42,864 bases of DNA from Neovahlkampfia damariscottae (taxonomy: Eukaryota): assembly GCA_016618085.1 (NCBI GenBank), contig JABLTG010000164.1:1-42864 (forward strand), written 5' to 3'. Position numbers and translations under genes: made by a program. The notes beneath the pieces were generated by a model. It had not been told where the DNA came from. It searched no databases and saw only the letters and a list, made by a program, of their open reading frames with translations. Below, piece after piece: positions 39,042 through 42,864 of this stretch; the stretch's first letter is position 1; each line of letters starts with the position of its first letter.

Positions 39042-39561
39042 CTAATTCTTGACAATCCAATTGAATCCTTCTTTCAAACCATCACCAGTGATAGCAGGAC
39101 ATGGTTGTATTGACCAGTTTTGTTTTGTCTTCTGAAGTTCTAATCTATTAATAATTTCTGTAGGTATAACAGACTCAAGTAATTCTTGTTTATTTGCAAA
39201 ATATAAAACTACAGCATCTGAAAGTTCTTCATTATTTAATTCTTCTAATACTTCTTTTATTTCATCAAATCTATCAGGATCAGCAGAGTCAATAACAACA
39301 ATTACGGCTTGAGTATTTTCGTAATAAAATTTGAAGAGAGACCGAATTTTTTCTCTTCCTCCAAAATCCCACATTGTGATTTGGCTTCTACCTAGATTTA
39401 TTGTTTCAACATTTATTCCGATGGTTGGAATAGTTGTCACAACTTCTCCTAATTTCATTTTGTATAAAATGGTGGTTTTCCCAGCTGCATCTAAACCCAT
39501 CATAATAATTCTATATGTTCTGAAACCAGTAATCGTACCAATTTTGAAAAACGTTGCCCAT
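39042..39561 (-). pseudogene. ARF-family GTPase paralog with an early frameshift (pseudogene or assembly error)
   Basis: ATG 39561 gives [14 protein letters not shown] (neighbour: MGNTIQSWFDYFFE) then a stop. The GTPase body ([27 protein letters not shown]) continues in another frame from about 39518. Confidence 0.7.
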
Positions 39562-39662
39562 TTGTTATTTAAGTTGAAAAAGATTTGTCCAATAAAACCG
39601 TTAAAATTTTGACAAATCAAAACGTTTAATGATGTTGTCGGTTTTGGATTTGGAGAGAAAAA

Positions 39663-40286
39663 TTGTCATCAAAAATTACAATAATTACTTTCTTCAGAAG
39701 TCTAGTAAGAATATATATCCTTAAATATTCTGTTTCTTACCTCAAAAACTCACTTTGTTTCTCTGATGAACAAGTCGTCAATTCAATCAGACACTGCATG
39801 AATGTTTTAAAAATTTCAACAGATTTAAAACTTTTATGTGAAGTAATTGATTGTTTGAAAGGTAAAATTAATCAAAACTTTTTGATTTTATTTTTTTTAG
39901 AATTTTCGCTGAAAATTCATCAAAACCAAAAAATGATCAATTTTATTCATGAAGAAATGATGGTTTTATGTACATATTTTCTTTTACTCGTGAACAACCC
40001 AGAAGGAAAAGAGCCTTTGATGGCTTTTCAAAAAATTATCAAATTAGAAGCTTTTCTTGATCACCAAAAAATTAATCACTTCTGCTTAAATATTTTGAAG
40101 GAAACAAGAAAAGGAGAATCACACTTTGGAAGTTTTTATCTTTTTAAAATTTTGGATTTTTTTTCGAAAGAATTTTCAGCTGAAAACGTTGAAGAATTGA
40201 ATGAAATTATTCAAATAAAAGGATTCAAAAACATTGAGTTACATTACTTAGAAGAGATTAAATCAAACTGTATAATAAAAAATTAA
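39663..40286 (+). CDS. Hypothetical helical protein, start uncertain
   Basis: 207-codon open frame containing an in-frame GT-AG intron candidate at about 39862-39900. No recognisable motif. Confidence 0.35.
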   Translation: MSSKITIITFFRSLVRIYILKYSVSYLKNSLCFSDEQVVNSIRHCMNVLKISTDLKLLCEVIDCLKGKINQNFLILFFLEFSLKIHQNQKMINFIHEEMMVLCTYFLLLVNNPEGKEPLMAFQKIIKLEAFLDHQKINHFCLNILKETRKGESHFGSFYLFKILDFFSKEFSAENVEELNEIIQIKGFKNIELHYLEEIKSNCIIKN

Positions 40287-40433
40287 ACGTAGTCTACAAA
40301 TTCTTTTTCTTGGCTCTTTTTAATCAGCTGATTGTTAATTTGATATAATTTTGTCAAATTCAAAAAGAAAGAATTAGAAACAATTTTCTTCAAGTTGGAG
40401 AAAGTGGTGATTGGTCAACATCGTTCCAAAATC

Positions 40434-41174
40434 ATGAGACTCATTTTTCTCACACTCTGCATTATATTCGCTTTAGCTTCAGCTGGAAATACAGAAGCAA
40501 ACTGGATCACAATAAGCCGCAAATTGAGAGTTGGTGCTAACAAAGGTTATGGTGCTGTGGACTACAGCCCTTACGCAAATCAAATTAAAGGTTCAGTCAT
40601 CTGTTCAAACAGTTGTGATGGTTATTTAGTAACACAAACAGAATACCATAATCTAATCAATGGAAGGCAATTTAGTTATTTACAATCACAAAGAGGTACA
40701 ACAAACTTTAGAATTAGTTTATACACCAATACTATTGTCATCAGAAAAAGACTTTATGTAGTTATTGTTAATAATAATGATTTTCCTATTGATGCTACTT
40801 TTGAACTTCAACAAGATGTACTTTCATTTGATGGAGTTGGAATTTTTCGAGGTTTTTTTGCTTTTGTTATGTTTTTTTGTGTCACTCCTTGTTGTTTATT
40901 ATTTTGTTGCGTCGCTGTAATTGTATGTGCTGTTGGCTTGATTGTGGTACTTGCTTCTTCTGGGGATTCTTCATCATCTTATAACAAAGTTGGAGAAGTT
41001 TACACATATAGTCAAAATTACAATGGAAACCCTGGAATGCAACAACAACCTGTGGTGATGCAACAACCTGTCATGCAACAACAACAACAACCTATTATGC
41101 AACAACCTATGAATTATGGAAATACAACATATTCAAATGGTGGGAACACATATAATGGAAATAAGTATCAATAA
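40434..41174 (+). CDS. Type I membrane protein: signal peptide, Cys-rich TM segment, Gln/Pro-rich tail
   Basis: MRLIFLTLCIIFALASA signal, FFCVTPCCLLFCCVAVIVCAVGLIVV TM segment, MQQQP repeats, and ATTGG at 40410. Confidence 0.8.
   Translation: MRLIFLTLCIIFALASAGNTEANWITISRKLRVGANKGYGAVDYSPYANQIKGSVICSNSCDGYLVTQTEYHNLINGRQFSYLQSQRGTTNFRISLYTNTIVIRKRLYVVIVNNNDFPIDATFELQQDVLSFDGVGIFRGFFAFVMFFCVTPCCLLFCCVAVIVCAVGLIVVLASSGDSSSSYNKVGEVYTYSQNYNGNPGMQQQPVVMQQPVMQQQQQPIMQQPMNYGNTTYSNGGNTYNGNKYQ
41037..41111 (+). repeat. Coding tandem repeat ATG-(CAA)n-CCT (MQQQP units)
   Basis: Four ATGCAACAA..CCT units: MQQQPVV MQQPV MQQQQQPI MQQPM. Confidence 0.7.
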
Positions 41175-41345
41175 ACATTCATTGAAACTGATTTTCTTAA
41201 AATATGATTAGTAATGAATTGCCACCCACATAATCCTTCTTTTTTTAAAAACCAAAAATATTTGGCACATGGAAGTTTTTTTCGATTTTTTTTATTTTCA
41301 AGTAGAATAAGTGTGATTGGATAAAACATCACAATTAGAAAACAG

Positions 41346-41941
41346 ATGAAATTTGATAGACTGTTTTTACTGTCATTTTGTGTGGCACTTTCTTTTTGTA
41401 CAGTAAACACCGAAGAAAACTGGATTACAATTGAAAAAAAATTGACTATTGAACCTGATGGAGAATATGGATACGGAGCAGTTGAATTCAGTCCTTCAGC
41501 AACTCAAATCACAGGATCTGTTTCTTCAGTAGTTTCTTTTGATGGTTATTTAATGATACAAGAAGAATACGCTCGTCTGATTGAAGGAAAATTATTCAAA
41601 TATCTTCAATTTGAAAAGGTACAACAAATTTTAAAATAAGAAAAGTTGATGATATTTCAGTAATCTCAAAACATCTTTTTGTTGTTGTTTATAATAGAAA
41701 AACATCAGACTCCATTCAAGTGAATTTCAAACTTCAACAAGAATTGTCAACTGATAGCACTCCATCAAGTTTTGGTGCCTATGTATTTTTTATTTTAATT
41801 TTTTGTATTGCTCCTTGTATTACTGTATTATTTATTGTAATGCTTGTTGGGACAGTCACTGTGGTACTTGCGCTTACAAAGAATGCTTCTCATAAAAAAA
41901 CATACAAAAATTATTATGAAGTTGAAAACAACGGCCAATGA
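41346..41941 (+). pseudogene. Tandem paralog of the 40434 gene, frameshifted near 41614-41617, with its 3' end overlapped by the element end
   Basis: NTEENWITI..KL, GYGAVEFSP, FDGYL, then GTTNFKI...LFVVVYN...FKLQQ in a shifted frame, all aligning to the upstream paralog. The stop codon at 41939-41941 lies inside the repeated element end. Confidence 0.7.
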
Positions 41942-41976
41942 ATTGATGGTTATTGTGATAAAAGTTTTGCTTGAAG

Positions 41977-42013
41977 TTGTTCAAGTTGAACAAAAAAGAC
42001 CTTTTGTTCAACT
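41977..42013. repeat. Subterminal inverted repeats in the element end
   Basis: AGTTGAACAAAA (41984-41995) and TTTTGTTCAACT (42002-42013) form a perfect 12-bp stem with a 6-nt loop. TTGTTCAA occurs three times (41977, reverse at 41986, 42004). Confidence 0.85.
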
Positions 42014-42046
42014 AGAAAATACTGAAAAAGATCTCAAGTATTTAAA

Positions 42047-42864
42047 ATGTCCAAACAGCTCAAATTGGATTCATTTTGGAAAGAAAAAAATGTTACTTCA
42101 TCATCAACAACAGAAGTGATAAAAAAGAGAAAACTTGAAGAAACAAAAGAAACAGGAAATATGAAATCAACATATAAACAAGGAAAAGATTCGTATCCTT
42201 TTTGGTGGACTAAAGAAAAAGAAGACATGCTACAAGTGAAAAGTATACCTCCAAGTTCTTCTTCAGTTGACAAGAATATTTGTTGGACAAAAAAGTTGGT
42301 AGAACAATCTTCATTAACAGAAGGTGTTTTATTTTCATCAAAAGATGTTCCAAAAGAAAACAAACAAGTTTCACATAAAACTGGTTTATCAAAAAAACAA
42401 CTTGATACAGATGAAATTATTCGATCAAGAAAAATTCTTTTAAAACCAACAAGTGAACAAAAGAAAAAAATACAAGAATGGATGAGAATTACTCGATTCG
42501 TTTACAATTTAACTCATCATTTTGTTGAAGATCTTGGATATGATGCAAATTTTATGTTATTGAAAAACAGTATTTTAAATGCAGATAAGAATCCAGAATC
42601 TTCAAAATACCCTTGGTTGTTCAATAGAAAATTGAAAAAAATACTACGAGATGCTTTAGATTATGCTATTCAGCAATATGTCTGTAATGTTCACAGTTCA
42701 ACAGAAATGCTGAAAGAAAAACAAAAGAAAACAAACAAAAAAATCAAATTAGAAGCAAACATGAAAAAAAGAAATGAAAAAATGTCTCAAAGTGTTGGAA
42801 TACCAGTCAATGGTGGTAAACCAAGTATTAAATGGAATGAAGAAGGATTTTTCTTTTGGCCATC
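42047..42864 (+). CDS. Fanzor2/TnpB-like RNA-guided nuclease, N-terminal 272 aa (truncated by the window edge)
   Basis: Uninterrupted ORF missing from the track (no stop in the window). IRSRKILLKPTSEQKKKIQEWMRITRFVYNLT matches the TnpB/OrfB N-terminal motif (K.RL.P..EQ...L..W....R.VYN). It is followed by YPWL...RDALDYAI and preceded by an approximately 120-aa extension. Confidence 0.82.
   Translation, partial: MSKQLKLDSFWKEKNVTSSSTTEVIKKRKLEETKETGNMKSTYKQGKDSYPFWWTKEKEDMLQVKSIPPSSSSVDKNICWTKKLVEQSSLTEGVLFSSKDVPKENKQVSHKTGLSKKQLDTDEIIRSRKILLKPTSEQKKKIQEWMRITRFVYNLTHHFVEDLGYDANFMLLKNSILNADKNPESSKYPWLFNRKLKKILRDALDYAIQQYVCNVHSSTEMLKEKQKKTNKKIKLEANMKKRNEKMSQSVGIPVNGGKPSIKWNEEGFFFWP

Larger units (their letters stand above)
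41929..42864 (+). mobile_element. Fanzor2/TnpB-like (IS607-related) element, left end plus 5' part; apparently non-autonomous
   Basis: The boundary is defined by identity to the inverted copy at 1-129. Only 118 bp separate the boundary from the TnpB-like ATG, leaving no room for an upstream transposase. Confidence 0.8.

Noticed and set aside
41619..41640. Possible 22-nt GT-AG intron rescuing the paralog's frame
   Set aside because: Removing it gives an immediate stop, and the segment aligns as coding (GTTNF) in the upstream paralog.
41844..42392. Track ORFs 41844-42119 (+), 42034-42363 (-) and 42210-42392 (-)
   Set aside because: They overlap the element end and the Fanzor-like ORF in other frames or antisense; shadow ORFs.
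1..42864. CRISPR array, rRNA, alternative genetic code or bacterial origin
   Set aside because: No repeat-spacer array or rRNA-like tract was seen. Standard stops end the genes, and most ORF breaks are explained by GT-AG introns.

Overview
Very AT-rich, gene-dense eukaryotic (protist) nuclear DNA with tiny GT-AG introns (about 32-48 nt), intergenic gaps often under 150 bp, and a CCAAT box just upstream of almost every start codon. Gene content and style (TM-RGS protein, ARF expansions, Fanzor2) suggest a heterolobosean-like amoeba; this is inference. About 26 protein genes are recognisable, including TRAPPC13, a TRIP12-like HECT ligase, ARPC1, GnT-I, TARBP1/Trm3, glucosidase I, SWEET, a Rubicon-like protein, patatin, PX-F-box-LRR, OLA1, a SelO-like protein, CDC27, three ARFs, GT61, 3beta-HSD, START, GFA and TM-RGS, plus tRNA-Trp(CCA). 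The main discovery is not in the ORF track. An ORF at 42047 that runs off the right edge encodes a TnpB/Fanzor2-like protein with an N-terminal PCNA PIP-box-like motif and an NLS. Its upstream element end (41929-42018) recurs as a near-identical inverted copy at 1-129. Two copies of a probable non-autonomous, RNA-guided-nuclease transposon therefore bracket the window, and the right copy appears to have truncated a host gene. The RuvC domain, omega-RNA and right end lie outside the window, so the family call rests on the N-terminal half only.
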